Source of the DNA: a virus
Taxonomy: Duplodnaviria > Caudoviricetes
IMG/VR virus record: IMGVR_UViG_3300033075_001508
Coordinates: 31,914-95,913 of that record
Strand: one strand, 5' to 3'
DNA length: 64,000 nt
This document shows, piece by piece, positions 9,329 through 18,293 of the stretch; the first letter of the stretch is position 1; each line of letters opens with the position of its first letter. The notes under the pieces are model-generated. The model worked only from the letters and a program-made list of their open reading frames with translations, was not told the origin of the DNA and ran no database searches. The position numbers were made by a program, and so were the translations under genes.

Positions 9329-9866
9329 AGTCCTTATCGCTAGGGATGAACTACACGACCTCTACGTCACTCAAAACAAAAGTCTCGCAGAAATTGGCGA
9401 GTTATTTGGTATTTCAGCGGCTAGCGTCCTTTCCCGTTTAAGACAGTTAGGTATACCACGGCGACCACCGATGCTTAGCCATAAAAGTGGCGACAATCAT
9501 CCAAAGTGGAAAGGGTGCGGGGTTGTCCCCGGTTGGTATTGGTGTATGGTTCGCCGAAACGCTGCTCTTCGTGGTATAGCTCTGACTGTAACCATTGAAG
9601 ATATATCAAAGTTGTTTGAGAAGCAACAACATCGCTGCTTTTATACAGGGTTACCAATTTGGTTCGATAGAGCCGACCGCAGGACGAACTCTACCGCATC
9701 TTTAGACAGAATTGATAGTGATGGTGATTACAGTATCACCAACCTTCAATGGGTCCACAAAGATGTTCAACAAATGAAAATGGACCTCTCGCATGAAAGG
9801 TTTGTGGAACTATGCCAGCTAACAGCGGAACAGGCCAAAAGCAAAGTATTTCAGCAAGCATCGTAA
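9312..9866 (+). CDS. HNH homing endonuclease with N-terminal HTH
   Basis: SLAEIGELFG HTH; Q..RCFYTG...SLDRIDS...NLQWVHKDV..MK. Confidence 0.85.
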   Translation: MARPLKVLIARDELHDLYVTQNKSLAEIGELFGISAASVLSRLRQLGIPRRPPMLSHKSGDNHPKWKGCGVVPGWYWCMVRRNAALRGIALTVTIEDISKLFEKQQHRCFYTGLPIWFDRADRRTNSTASLDRIDSDGDYSITNLQWVHKDVQQMKMDLSHERFVELCQLTAEQAKSKVFQQAS

Positions 9867-10702
9867 TAAGCAGCTACAACCGTCTATCCCTGTTTCGCAG
9901 GACGCTCTGGGCTATCGCTAATAGACCACCTTCTTGTCCGTTTGAGGTTGTGGTTGTGGACGACGGGTCAACCGAAGATATTTTCGGTGAACTTAGTCTT
10001 TATTCGTCGGCCTTTCGATGGAAGTTCGTTCGATTCGACGCGGCAAGCTTTGAGAGGGTTACAGGACTCAAGAAATTCCTCAATAATCCATCGGCATCTA
10101 ATAATGTTGGTTTTAGACATACCTCTGGAGACCTCATTTTCCAGCAAGGCAACGAGGTTATTGCTTGGGAGGGGTGCTACGACCAACTTATCGCGGACAA
10201 GCCCGATGCGGACCACTACATGGTCATGTCGACCACCTACGACGTTCCTGCTCAGTATCTGGACCAACTCGACCAGTATGGGTCGAACCTCGACCAACGA
10301 ATTGTAAACGCGTGCGTCCGCTGGCCGCTCCAAAGCAAGCACTACCGGTCGGACGTCACCAACTATATCAGCCTGGCCCCTCGTGCGCTCTGGGAAACTC
10401 TAAACGGATACGACGAACGATATTACGGCGGCATCTCGGCAGAAGACTCCGACTTTGTTCGGCGAGCCCGCTGTCTTCCAGGTTTCAAGCAGGTGATTAG
10501 CGAGGGGATAAGCCTGCACCAATACCACAAGGGTCGGACCACCTATTATTTTCCACCGCCATCCGTGATTACGCGTCAGCGTTGGGATGAGGGGGTGGCC
10601 ATCAACCATGCCATTTATCACGCATGGGACGGCACCTGCCGGAACCCGCAGAAGTGGCCTTGGGGCGAGTTGGGCGTTATGGAGGTTATCACCAACACAT
10701 GA
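9812..10702 (+). CDS. GT2 family glycosyltransferase
   Basis: SIVISSYNR, VVVDDGSTED and GYDERYYGGISAEDSDF motifs. The start is uncertain because it overlaps the HNH 3' end. Confidence 0.88.
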   Translation: MPANSGTGQKQSISASIVISSYNRLSLFRRTLWAIANRPPSCPFEVVVVDDGSTEDIFGELSLYSSAFRWKFVRFDAASFERVTGLKKFLNNPSASNNVGFRHTSGDLIFQQGNEVIAWEGCYDQLIADKPDADHYMVMSTTYDVPAQYLDQLDQYGSNLDQRIVNACVRWPLQSKHYRSDVTNYISLAPRALWETLNGYDERYYGGISAEDSDFVRRARCLPGFKQVISEGISLHQYHKGRTTYYFPPPSVITRQRWDEGVAINHAIYHAWDGTCRNPQKWPWGELGVMEVITNT

Positions 10703-11667
10703 AAATCTTGGTTACTGGCGTCAACGGCTTCCTCGGCTCGCACATCCTTCGCCGGCTTCGGCAAGAAGACCGGGATATGGATATCGTTGGGGTGAGCCGG
10801 CAGTCCTATAAGCATATCTGGGACGTCACCTTAGATGGTGACCACACCCAGCGATATCAGGAAGTGTATTGCGACCTGGAATGCGAGACGATGGTCGCCG
10901 CCCTCCTGCTTCGCTTCAAGCCGGATGTCATCTTCCATATCGCGGCCAATCCGCTGGTCAAGGAAGACGAGAGGGCTCCCTGCAAAGTCTCGCACACCAA
11001 CGTGCTGGCGACTCACCATCTGCTCGCGTACGCCCCGCAAGGCTGTCGGTTCGTCTACTGCTCCAGCGCGACCGTATATGGAGCTTCGCTCCCCACCTTT
11101 CAAAAATGGGAGGAGGGAGACGATACAATTCCTAATTCGGTTTACGGAGCCACCAAACTCGCTTCGGAAATTTTTGTCAACACATTATATGAGCAGGGAA
11201 GGGTCAGTTCGCTCATCTTCCGGCCGGTCGCAAATGTCGGCGCTCACGCCACGCACGGAGTTGTCCTGGACCTGGTTCGGAAGTTAAAGTCCGATAGCCC
11301 CACCCTCGAACTGCTGGGCGAATCTCCGGGCTCAATTAAGCCATACAACCATGCTATCGACACAGCCGAAGCGTTTGTCAAGCTTGGTTTGAACACCAAC
11401 TTTACTGGCGTTTTCAATATCTCGGCTGACGACGAAATCTCCGTTGAGGACCTCGCCAAGACGCTTATGGACGCGACCGGTATCCGCAAGCCAATCACCT
11501 GGGCCGGCAAGTCCTCAGTATGGCGCGGCGACCAGCCAGTTGTTCGTGTCTGCAACAAGTGGCTAAAAGCCAACGGCTGGACCCCCAAATACCCAACTTC
11601 AAAAGAGGCCGTCTTTCAAGCCGGACGCGAATTGAGCGTCCTTTTAGGAGGTAGCAAGGTAGCATAA
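10699..11667 (+). CDS. NAD-dependent epimerase/dehydratase (extended SDR)
   Basis: MKILVTGVNGFLG, SSATVYG and YGATK motifs. ATGA overlap. Confidence 0.92.
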   Translation: MKILVTGVNGFLGSHILRRLRQEDRDMDIVGVSRQSYKHIWDVTLDGDHTQRYQEVYCDLECETMVAALLLRFKPDVIFHIAANPLVKEDERAPCKVSHTNVLATHHLLAYAPQGCRFVYCSSATVYGASLPTFQKWEEGDDTIPNSVYGATKLASEIFVNTLYEQGRVSSLIFRPVANVGAHATHGVVLDLVRKLKSDSPTLELLGESPGSIKPYNHAIDTAEAFVKLGLNTNFTGVFNISADDEISVEDLAKTLMDATGIRKPITWAGKSSVWRGDQPVVRVCNKWLKANGWTPKYPTSKEAVFQAGRELSVLLGGSKVA

Positions 11668-11688
11668 CTTTCTGGTTATTGGCTAATT

Positions 11689-11696
11689 CGGTGTAT
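11689..11696 (+). promoter_or_regulatory. CGGTGTAT candidate phage late-promoter motif
   Basis: The exact 8-mer recurs in five intergenic regions, each in the sense orientation upstream of a gene. Confidence 0.6.
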
Positions 11697-11722
11697 CTCC
11701 TATCGAAGGAGATTAGCCAGTT

Positions 11723-12418
11723 ATGCCGTACCAGCCAGACAGAGCATTTTTACTCAACCAATACGTCGAATTGGAAAAGTCCCAATCAGCGATAGCCAAA
11801 GATATTGGATGTTCACAATCACAGGTTTACCTACTTCTAAAAAAGCACAATATTCCAGCGCGAAGAGAGTGCAACCTTCGCAAGGATATTTCCGGAAAAC
11901 GATTCGGTAAATTAGTTGTCGTTTCTCCTGCCGGCTCAGACAAGAACGGCGCAAAATGGCTTTGCGAATGCGATTGTGGCAACACGAGTATTGTTCGAGG
12001 AAAAAATCTTCGTCGTGGTCTGACCGGCTCATGCGGGTGCGACCGAGGAGTAAGCAGACGACGAACAAAAGGGTATGGACAAATCATAGGCCCTTTGTGG
12101 CATTCCATTGAGCGAGGGGCCAGGATTCGCGGCCACGACTTTTGCATCACCCCTAAGTTCGCCTGGGAACTATTCGAACAGCAAGGCGGAAAGTGCGCAT
12201 TAAGTGGTGTTCCACTTACCCTACCATCAAACAAGAGTGAGTATCTAAGCCGCGAGTGGACCGCCTCTCTTGACCGTATTGATAGTAAACGCGGATACCA
12301 CGACGACAACGTTCAGTGGGTACATAAGACCGCCAACATGATGAAACAGGGACTTACACAAAACGATTTTGCTATATGGTGCGGCATAATCCATAAGCAC
12401 CTAACAACGAGTAGTTGA
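11723..12418 (+). CDS. HNH homing endonuclease
   Basis: GKRFGKLVV...WLCECDCG...SCGC; Q.GKCALSG...SLDRIDS..GY..DNVQWVHK..N.MK. Confidence 0.9.
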   Translation: MPYQPDRAFLLNQYVELEKSQSAIAKDIGCSQSQVYLLLKKHNIPARRECNLRKDISGKRFGKLVVVSPAGSDKNGAKWLCECDCGNTSIVRGKNLRRGLTGSCGCDRGVSRRRTKGYGQIIGPLWHSIERGARIRGHDFCITPKFAWELFEQQGGKCALSGVPLTLPSNKSEYLSREWTASLDRIDSKRGYHDDNVQWVHKTANMMKQGLTQNDFAIWCGIIHKHLTTSS

Positions 12419-12419
12419 T

Positions 12420-13433
12420 ATGTCTACACCTAATGTGTTAGTGACAGGTTGCTGCGGATACATTGGCTCCGTTTTGGTGGGACAACTTCTAAACGCGGGA
12501 TGTCGTGTCATTGGTGTCGACAACCTGTTCTATAAGAACGGCTACGCCGTCCTCCCCTATCTGGGTCATGAGCGTTTCCAGTTTTTCAGAATGGATGTCC
12601 AGGACACCAGAAATCTTGCGTTCCTTGCGGAGCAATGCGACGTCATTATTCCTCTGGCCGCGATGGTCGGAGCGCCCATCTGCGAGAAAGACGAACATCA
12701 TATTCGGTGGGCAACCTCCATCAACTCCTGGTCCATCACCGATTTGGTGGAGAGCCTAAGCCCGAACCAGCGAGTCATCTATCCAAACACCAACTCTGGG
12801 TACGGCCAGACCGAGGGCGACCGGTACGTCACCGAGCATGACTTGCTTGCCCCCATCTCCGTTTACGGAAAGACCAAGTGCGAGGGCGAGAAGGCGGTTC
12901 TCAACCATCCGAACGGCGTCAGCTTGCGACTTGCCACGGTCTTCGGTGCGAGCCCGCGCATGCGGATGGACCTGATGGTGAACGACTTTACGTGGCGGCT
13001 CTTCAACATCCGGCATCGTCTCAATTTGCGCGAATCTGGCAAGACGATTGGTACGACCAAGGCGGACGTACAGCTATCCATTTACGAACCACACTTTAAG
13101 CGAAACTTCGTTCATGTCCGTGACGTGTGCAACGCCTTCCTGTTCATGCTCGGTCGGCATCACCTACGCGGTCCGTACAACCTCGGCTTGCCTACGGCCA
13201 ACCTGACCAAGATGGAACTTGCTCACGCCATCTGCGACATCCTGGGCCTCGACCGCCGCGTTGTGGTCGTCGGGAACGGGGAAGACCCCGACAAGCGCAA
13301 CTATTTGGTAAGCAACGAGAAGATTCTCTCAACAGGATTCTTGTTCAAGCACACCTTGGAAATGGGTGTGCGCGAAGTCGAAACCGTTTGCTCTACTTGT
13401 TCCACGCAACTTGGAGATATGAGGAATTGTTAA
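12420..13433 (+). CDS. NAD-dependent epimerase/dehydratase
   Basis: VLVTGCCGYIGS, YGKTK, LRLATVFG and RNFVHVRD motifs. Confidence 0.9.
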   Translation: MSTPNVLVTGCCGYIGSVLVGQLLNAGCRVIGVDNLFYKNGYAVLPYLGHERFQFFRMDVQDTRNLAFLAEQCDVIIPLAAMVGAPICEKDEHHIRWATSINSWSITDLVESLSPNQRVIYPNTNSGYGQTEGDRYVTEHDLLAPISVYGKTKCEGEKAVLNHPNGVSLRLATVFGASPRMRMDLMVNDFTWRLFNIRHRLNLRESGKTIGTTKADVQLSIYEPHFKRNFVHVRDVCNAFLFMLGRHHLRGPYNLGLPTANLTKMELAHAICDILGLDRRVVVVGNGEDPDKRNYLVSNEKILSTGFLFKHTLEMGVREVETVCSTCSTQLGDMRNC

Positions 13434-13631
13434 ATGCGATGCAGCGAATGCGAGCGTCCCGTTCTGGTAATTCCGCTACGGGGCAGAAAGCGAAGCCGTA
13501 AAGCCCGCGCCGGCATTCCGGTCTCCATTAAAGACCACGACCTTTGTGCCAAATGTTGGGAACGAGCCCAGAACCAGTTTCATGCGGCTCGGCTACTGAG
13601 AGAACAGGAGTTGGAAATAAATGCAGCGTGA
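13434..13631 (+). CDS. Small Zn-finger protein
   Basis: CSEC...CAKC; abuts the upstream stop. Confidence 0.6.
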   Translation: MRCSECERPVLVIPLRGRKRSRKARAGIPVSIKDHDLCAKCWERAQNQFHAARLLREQELEINAA

Positions 13632-13938
13632 CCAGATTCAAGAGCTAGAACTTCCGCATTACACAGCATACACAAAAGACGATACCAGCACGTTCGACTT
13701 TGATAACGACGAACATTTCTTCGTAGACATCAGCAAAGATGGCTCTCACAACAAACCGAGCGGCTTTGTGTCGGCGACTGTGACTTTGTTGTTCTTTCTC
13801 GCCTTCTTGTCTCTTGGCGTCATTACCGGTATCCGGTTTGGGCAAGACCTGGAGCGTGAGCAAGCGATGGCAGCAAAAGTTGGACGCTACATTATCAACG
13901 AAGAAACTGGTACAAAGGCGTTCGTGTACGGACCTTAG
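13621..13938 (+). CDS. Single-pass membrane protein
   Basis: Hydrophobic segment FVSATVTLLFFLAFLSLGVITGI. Confidence 0.6.
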   Translation: MQRDQIQELELPHYTAYTKDDTSTFDFDNDEHFFVDISKDGSHNKPSGFVSATVTLLFFLAFLSLGVITGIRFGQDLEREQAMAAKVGRYIINEETGTKAFVYGP

Positions 13939-13952
13939 CGAGTATTATCTGT

Positions 13953-14981
13953 ATGATAATCTCTCGCACACCAGTTCGTGTATCTTTCCTGGGTGGCGGA
14001 ACAGACTACCCCAGCTGGTTTCTTAAACATGGCGGAATCGTAGTCGGCGGTGCCCTGAACAAGTTTTCCTTCATTTCCGCCCGCTACCTTCCGCCCTTTC
14101 ATACCTATAAGACCCGTGTTGTCTACTCCGACATCGAAACGGTCAACAGTAACAACGCCATTGAACATCGGGCTATTCGCGCCTGCTTGCAACATTTGAA
14201 GCTGGACGGACCAACCTCGCCCGGCTTCGAAATCTTCCACGCAGCAGACCTTCCCGGCCGTTCTGGCACCGGTTCCAGTTCCACCTTCGTCGTAGGACTG
14301 CTCAATGCTCTCTCGGCTATGCAGGGAAGGCTCATGCTGCCCTACGAGCTTGCCGAGGCCGCTATCCACATCGAACAACGCCTGATGGGCGAGACCGTGG
14401 GATGTCAGGACCAGATGTGGGCCGCTCATGGCGGTTTGTCCGTCATCAAGTTCGCGCCAAACGGCGAGATGAACGTGTATCCGCTGGCGCTCCAACATAG
14501 CCAGATTGAAGCGCTGGAGGCACACACCATGCTCTTTTTCACTGGCGTCAACCGAACAAGCAGTGACATTGCCAGCAGCTACGCCCCTTCCCTCGCAGAA
14601 CGCGAACGTGAACAGTGGGCGATGATTCGGCTCGCGGAACAAGGCGTTGAAGCCATCCAGCGGGGCCGCTACGACCGTCTGGGCTGGCTCGTTGACCAGT
14701 CATGGAGAATCAAGGCTGGCTTGAGCGACAAGGTCTCCAGCGAGCATATCTGCAAGCTCTACAACACGGCCCGGGTCTGCGGAGCATTCGGCGGCAAGAT
14801 TACTGGCGCTGGCGGTGGCGGCTGCATGCTGTTGGTTGTTAAGCCCGAGAAGCGAGCCAAGATTATCACCCACCTGGAAGGTCTGGGGGCGGTCCACATC
14901 CCATTTCGTTTTCACCTGGACGGTTCGTCCATCATTTTTTCTGAGAGGGACAATATTCGTGAGTATCGACCTGCGAGGTAA
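13953..14981 (+). CDS. hddA: GHMP sugar kinase, D-glycero-D-manno-heptose-7-phosphate kinase-like
   Basis: MIISRTP.RVSF.GGGTD, DLPGRSGTGSSS, G.QDQ and GGKITGAGGGG motifs. Confidence 0.85.
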   Translation: MIISRTPVRVSFLGGGTDYPSWFLKHGGIVVGGALNKFSFISARYLPPFHTYKTRVVYSDIETVNSNNAIEHRAIRACLQHLKLDGPTSPGFEIFHAADLPGRSGTGSSSTFVVGLLNALSAMQGRLMLPYELAEAAIHIEQRLMGETVGCQDQMWAAHGGLSVIKFAPNGEMNVYPLALQHSQIEALEAHTMLFFTGVNRTSSDIASSYAPSLAEREREQWAMIRLAEQGVEAIQRGRYDRLGWLVDQSWRIKAGLSDKVSSEHICKLYNTARVCGAFGGKITGAGGGGCMLLVVKPEKRAKIITHLEGLGAVHIPFRFHLDGSSIIFSERDNIREYRPAR

Positions 14982-15945
14982 GAAGGTCCTCGTGACCGGA
15001 GGCAACGGCTTTCTTGGGCGGCATCTTTGTAGAGTGTTAGGTGGTTGTGGTGCCATGACCACGTCGTTAAGTAGCGGCAGCAAACTGCATGACCTGGGAT
15101 GTGCGTACAACACCATTTACTCTGATATACCTGATTACGTCTTTCATCTTGCTGGCTACAACGGCGGTATCGAGTTCAATCGCAAAAATCCGGCAGACAT
15201 CTTCTACCGCAACACAGTCATGGGACTCAACGTCCTCGAAGCCTGCCGCCAGGCCGGTGTCAAGAAGGTCGTGAGCGTGGTGGCAAGCTGCGCCTACGGA
15301 GACGACCCGTTGTTTCGCGGACAATTCGCAGGAAGCAACATCGAGGTTACTCAACAAGGCATTCTACACGAAAAGAACTTTTTGGCGGGTCAACCCAACG
15401 ATTCTGTTGCCTGCCACGGCTACGCCAAACGCAACCTCCAACTTGCCTCTCGCTTCTACCGCGACCAGTACGGCTGCAACTTCATCTGCGCCTGCCCGAC
15501 GACCCTGTACGGACCAGGGGACAGCTACGACCCGCAACGCACCAAGGTGATGGGCGGCATGATTAAGCGGTTTGTCGACGCCGCCAACCAGAAGCTGGAC
15601 GAAGTCCAGTGCTGGGGCTCCGGTAACGCGCTCCGCGAATTCCTCTACGTCGAGGACGCCGCGAAGTTGCTCATCAAGGTCATGGAGCGGCACGAAAACA
15701 ACCAAGACCCACTGAATCTTGGAAGCGGCCAGGAAGTGTCTATTCGAGACCTAGCCACGCTGGTAGCCATCCACGCTGGATACGAAGGACGCATTGCCTG
15801 GGACACCAGCAAACCTGATGGGCAGCTTCGCAAGCGATTGGACACAACGCGTCAGGAACGAGTTATCGGCCCATTTGAATTCACTCCGCTCACTGTGGGT
15901 GTCGCAAAGACGGTGGCCGCATATCGAAAAGATTTTTACGCGTAA
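14959..15945 (+). CDS. fcl: GDP-L-fucose synthase-like epimerase/reductase
   Basis: VLVTGGNGFLG, HLAG..GGI..N, LYGPGD, WGSG.A.REFLYVED and WDTSKPDGQ motifs. GTG start at 14959. Confidence 0.85.
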   Translation: MSIDLRGKKVLVTGGNGFLGRHLCRVLGGCGAMTTSLSSGSKLHDLGCAYNTIYSDIPDYVFHLAGYNGGIEFNRKNPADIFYRNTVMGLNVLEACRQAGVKKVVSVVASCAYGDDPLFRGQFAGSNIEVTQQGILHEKNFLAGQPNDSVACHGYAKRNLQLASRFYRDQYGCNFICACPTTLYGPGDSYDPQRTKVMGGMIKRFVDAANQKLDEVQCWGSGNALREFLYVEDAAKLLIKVMERHENNQDPLNLGSGQEVSIRDLATLVAIHAGYEGRIAWDTSKPDGQLRKRLDTTRQERVIGPFEFTPLTVGVAKTVAAYRKDFYA

Positions 15946-16185
15946 AAGTTGACTTTTGCTGTTTTCTGCGTGTAGGGTTATTAGCTAACACGCCAGTAAC
16001 TTAGCGGCTTAACTACTCAAAAAGCTTTCACTTACCACCTTTGGTTTTCAACTATTCGCTAGGTGATGATAAGCAGGGAAGTATTCCTCGGTCTTACCTT
16101 TGGCTCAAACGGTTTTTGATAGTTCAAAGACAAAGCATTAGCAGGGAAAGTCTCATCGGTTAACACTTTCTCCAGAAGGTTTCGA

Positions 16186-16656
16186 ATGAAAATAGGTATA
16201 GGAATAAGTAGCTTAGGTTCTTCGCAACTAAGTTACTACGCAATTAGAAGCGCTAACCAGTTACTTTCTAAAACGTGTGAACACGACATCGTAGCCCTGT
16301 ACGAGAATCCTTCTCCGCACGTTCTTCCCATGCTGTTTGCCTCCATGCAGTTCTCCGAGGCCTGGGCGTTCGACGGGGTGGCGGTCTCCACCAACCTTTC
16401 CACCGCCGAGAAGCTCCTGACCTTTCCCTGCTTAACCAAACGCCTGTTCTATGTCTGGGACCTGGAGTGGTTGCGGCTTCAACCAAAACACTTCCAAAGC
16501 CTACGAGGGATTTACGCCAATCCCGACCACGTACTGGTGGCTAGAAGCAACGAACACTCGCGTATTATCTCTGATGTCTGGAACGTGCCGGTCAACTTCG
16601 TGGTGGAAGACACCAACCTGATTCCGGGTTTAATTGAGGTCGCCGGCCGGATATGA
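16186..16656 (+). CDS. Hypothetical protein, possibly a GT-B N-terminal-like domain
   Basis: 156-aa ORF containing LFYVWDLEW; overlaps the next start. Confidence 0.6.
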   Translation: MKIGIGISSLGSSQLSYYAIRSANQLLSKTCEHDIVALYENPSPHVLPMLFASMQFSEAWAFDGVAVSTNLSTAEKLLTFPCLTKRLFYVWDLEWLRLQPKHFQSLRGIYANPDHVLVARSNEHSRIISDVWNVPVNFVVEDTNLIPGLIEVAGRI

Positions 16657-16898
16657 GAGTGCGCCACTTCCTGTTCACTCAAGAAGGTAAAAAGTTCCTT
16701 CATGAGCAATACATCCTGAAGGAACGAAGCACATACGAAATTGCCGAACAGTTGGAGGTTTACCCAAACATGGTTCGGCGGGCGCTGCAAAGCCACAAGT
16801 TTCCCATTCGCTCAAAAAGCGAAGCTCAGTCCGTTGCCTTGAAAACTGGGCGACACAAACACCCCACGAAAGGAAAGAATGGCAAAAAAGAAAGTTGA
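16653..16898 (+). CDS. Small HTH protein
   Basis: STYEIAEQLEVYPNMVRRAL HTH, similar to the N-termini of the HNH genes. Confidence 0.65.
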   Translation: MRVRHFLFTQEGKKFLHEQYILKERSTYEIAEQLEVYPNMVRRALQSHKFPIRSKSEAQSVALKTGRHKHPTKGKNGKKES

Positions 16899-17742
16899 AA
16901 TCGCCCCTGAAGAAGAGGCGGCGTTGGACAGCGTAAGTTTTGATGGCATCGAAAGCGGCGACACCGCCCTTCCCATCATGTCCTCAGTCGCGGAGATGGA
17001 AGAAGACCCAACCATCGAAAAGGTCCATCCTCGCTTCGGACCGCCAATGTGGTCGGAAAACTGGCAGGATTTCGTTCTGAGCCAGTTCAAGGACGACGAG
17101 AAGGACGACGACGGCAACCCATACGTTCACGGCCTACGTCGCGTGGCTCGCAAGCTTCTTGGCCCCATCGTACATAGCGGTCCCCTGGAGGCCTCTCCTG
17201 CTGAGTTCCTGGGCACTCCAAGAGAAACGGACCTGTATTCGCTCCTGAAACCGGTGACTGTTCGCTACGTGCTTCGCATCCTATGGACGCGGCCGGAAGA
17301 CATCCCTGATGGCGGCGAAGCCTTCATGGTTGAGTACACGGACGTCGCCGATTGTATGCGGAACAACACAGACCCCGAGTTCTTGATTCATCCCAGCGCC
17401 ATGGCCAGTACCCGGGCGGAAGGTCGCTGCCTTCGCAAGGCCTTGCAAATCAAGAAGGTGTCGGCGGAAGAGAAGACCCGAGTTCCGTTGGTTGAAGCCA
17501 GCGCGACCGGCCTTATTCGCGAAAGCGACATCATCTTCATCGAGGCCCTTTGCAGGAGACTCGACATCAACCTTATGAACTACGTCAACGCCGGCTCGAA
17601 GAAGTACGACAGTATCGAGCAAGTGGCGTTGGGTACAGCCGAGAGGATGACGGAGCATCTGAGCATGCTCCAGAACCAAAAGGACAAAATCAAGCCGGAA
17701 TGGAAGGGGTACGACCCCAACTGGCGAGATAACACATTCTAA
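16879..17742 (+). CDS. Putative single-strand annealing/recombination protein
   Basis: AMASTRAEGRCLRKAL resembles the C-terminal helix of phage annealing proteins; inference only. Confidence 0.45.
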   Translation: MAKKKVEIAPEEEAALDSVSFDGIESGDTALPIMSSVAEMEEDPTIEKVHPRFGPPMWSENWQDFVLSQFKDDEKDDDGNPYVHGLRRVARKLLGPIVHSGPLEASPAEFLGTPRETDLYSLLKPVTVRYVLRILWTRPEDIPDGGEAFMVEYTDVADCMRNNTDPEFLIHPSAMASTRAEGRCLRKALQIKKVSAEEKTRVPLVEASATGLIRESDIIFIEALCRRLDINLMNYVNAGSKKYDSIEQVALGTAERMTEHLSMLQNQKDKIKPEWKGYDPNWRDNTF

Positions 17743-17757
17743 TTTCTTTGGAGAACA

Positions 17758-18147
17758 ATGGAAGCGCAACTACGTCTGCCTAACGGAATCGTCCTCAAAG
17801 TGGAGGGTGACACTCAAAAGGAACTGTTCGAGGAAATCGCATCCTCGTATGAGGTTTTTGCTGAGAGCAAATGCGGTCTTTGTCAGTCGACAGACATCAA
17901 GCCGGTCGTTCGAGTATCCGGGGAGTACGACTTCCCTGAATACCACTGCCAGAAGTGCTACGCTCGCCTTAGCCTGGGCCAGAACCAAAAGGGAGGGGGA
18001 CTATTCCCCATCCGTAAGCTCACGCCAGAAGGCAAGCCAGACCGCGAGAAAGGGTCGTTTGGACCCCACAATGGATGGTCGAAGTATAAGGGTGAACCAA
18101 AGACGGGAGAGGAGAAATCCGCTCCTCCTGCAAAGGGTCGCCGGTAA
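17758..18147 (+). CDS. Zn-ribbon hypothetical protein
   Basis: CGLC...CQKC; GGAG RBS; followed by a terminator. Confidence 0.7.
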   Translation: MEAQLRLPNGIVLKVEGDTQKELFEEIASSYEVFAESKCGLCQSTDIKPVVRVSGEYDFPEYHCQKCYARLSLGQNQKGGGLFPIRKLTPEGKPDREKGSFGPHNGWSKYKGEPKTGEEKSAPPAKGRR

Positions 18148-18152
18148 ATAAC

Positions 18153-18188
18153 AAGGGCGGTTCCAACCTAATGGAGCCGCCCTTTTTT
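18153..18188 (+). terminator. Rho-independent terminator
   Basis: AAGGGCGGTTCCA-ACCTAA-TGGAGCCGCCCTT followed by a T-run. Confidence 0.85.
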
Positions 18189-18293
18189 CGCGAAGGTTTT
18201 TGGTAAACCTTTTCATTCTTTATCGGCTTCAAACCCCAGTTCGGGGTATTATTGTATAGACCTTTCCTATGAACACTCAAGGAGTCAAAGCGA

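Noticed and set aside
2340-9547. Intragenic GGTGTAT matches (about 2341, 3241 and 9541)
   Set aside because: They lack the leading C, are not near start codons, and are compatible with chance 7-mers.
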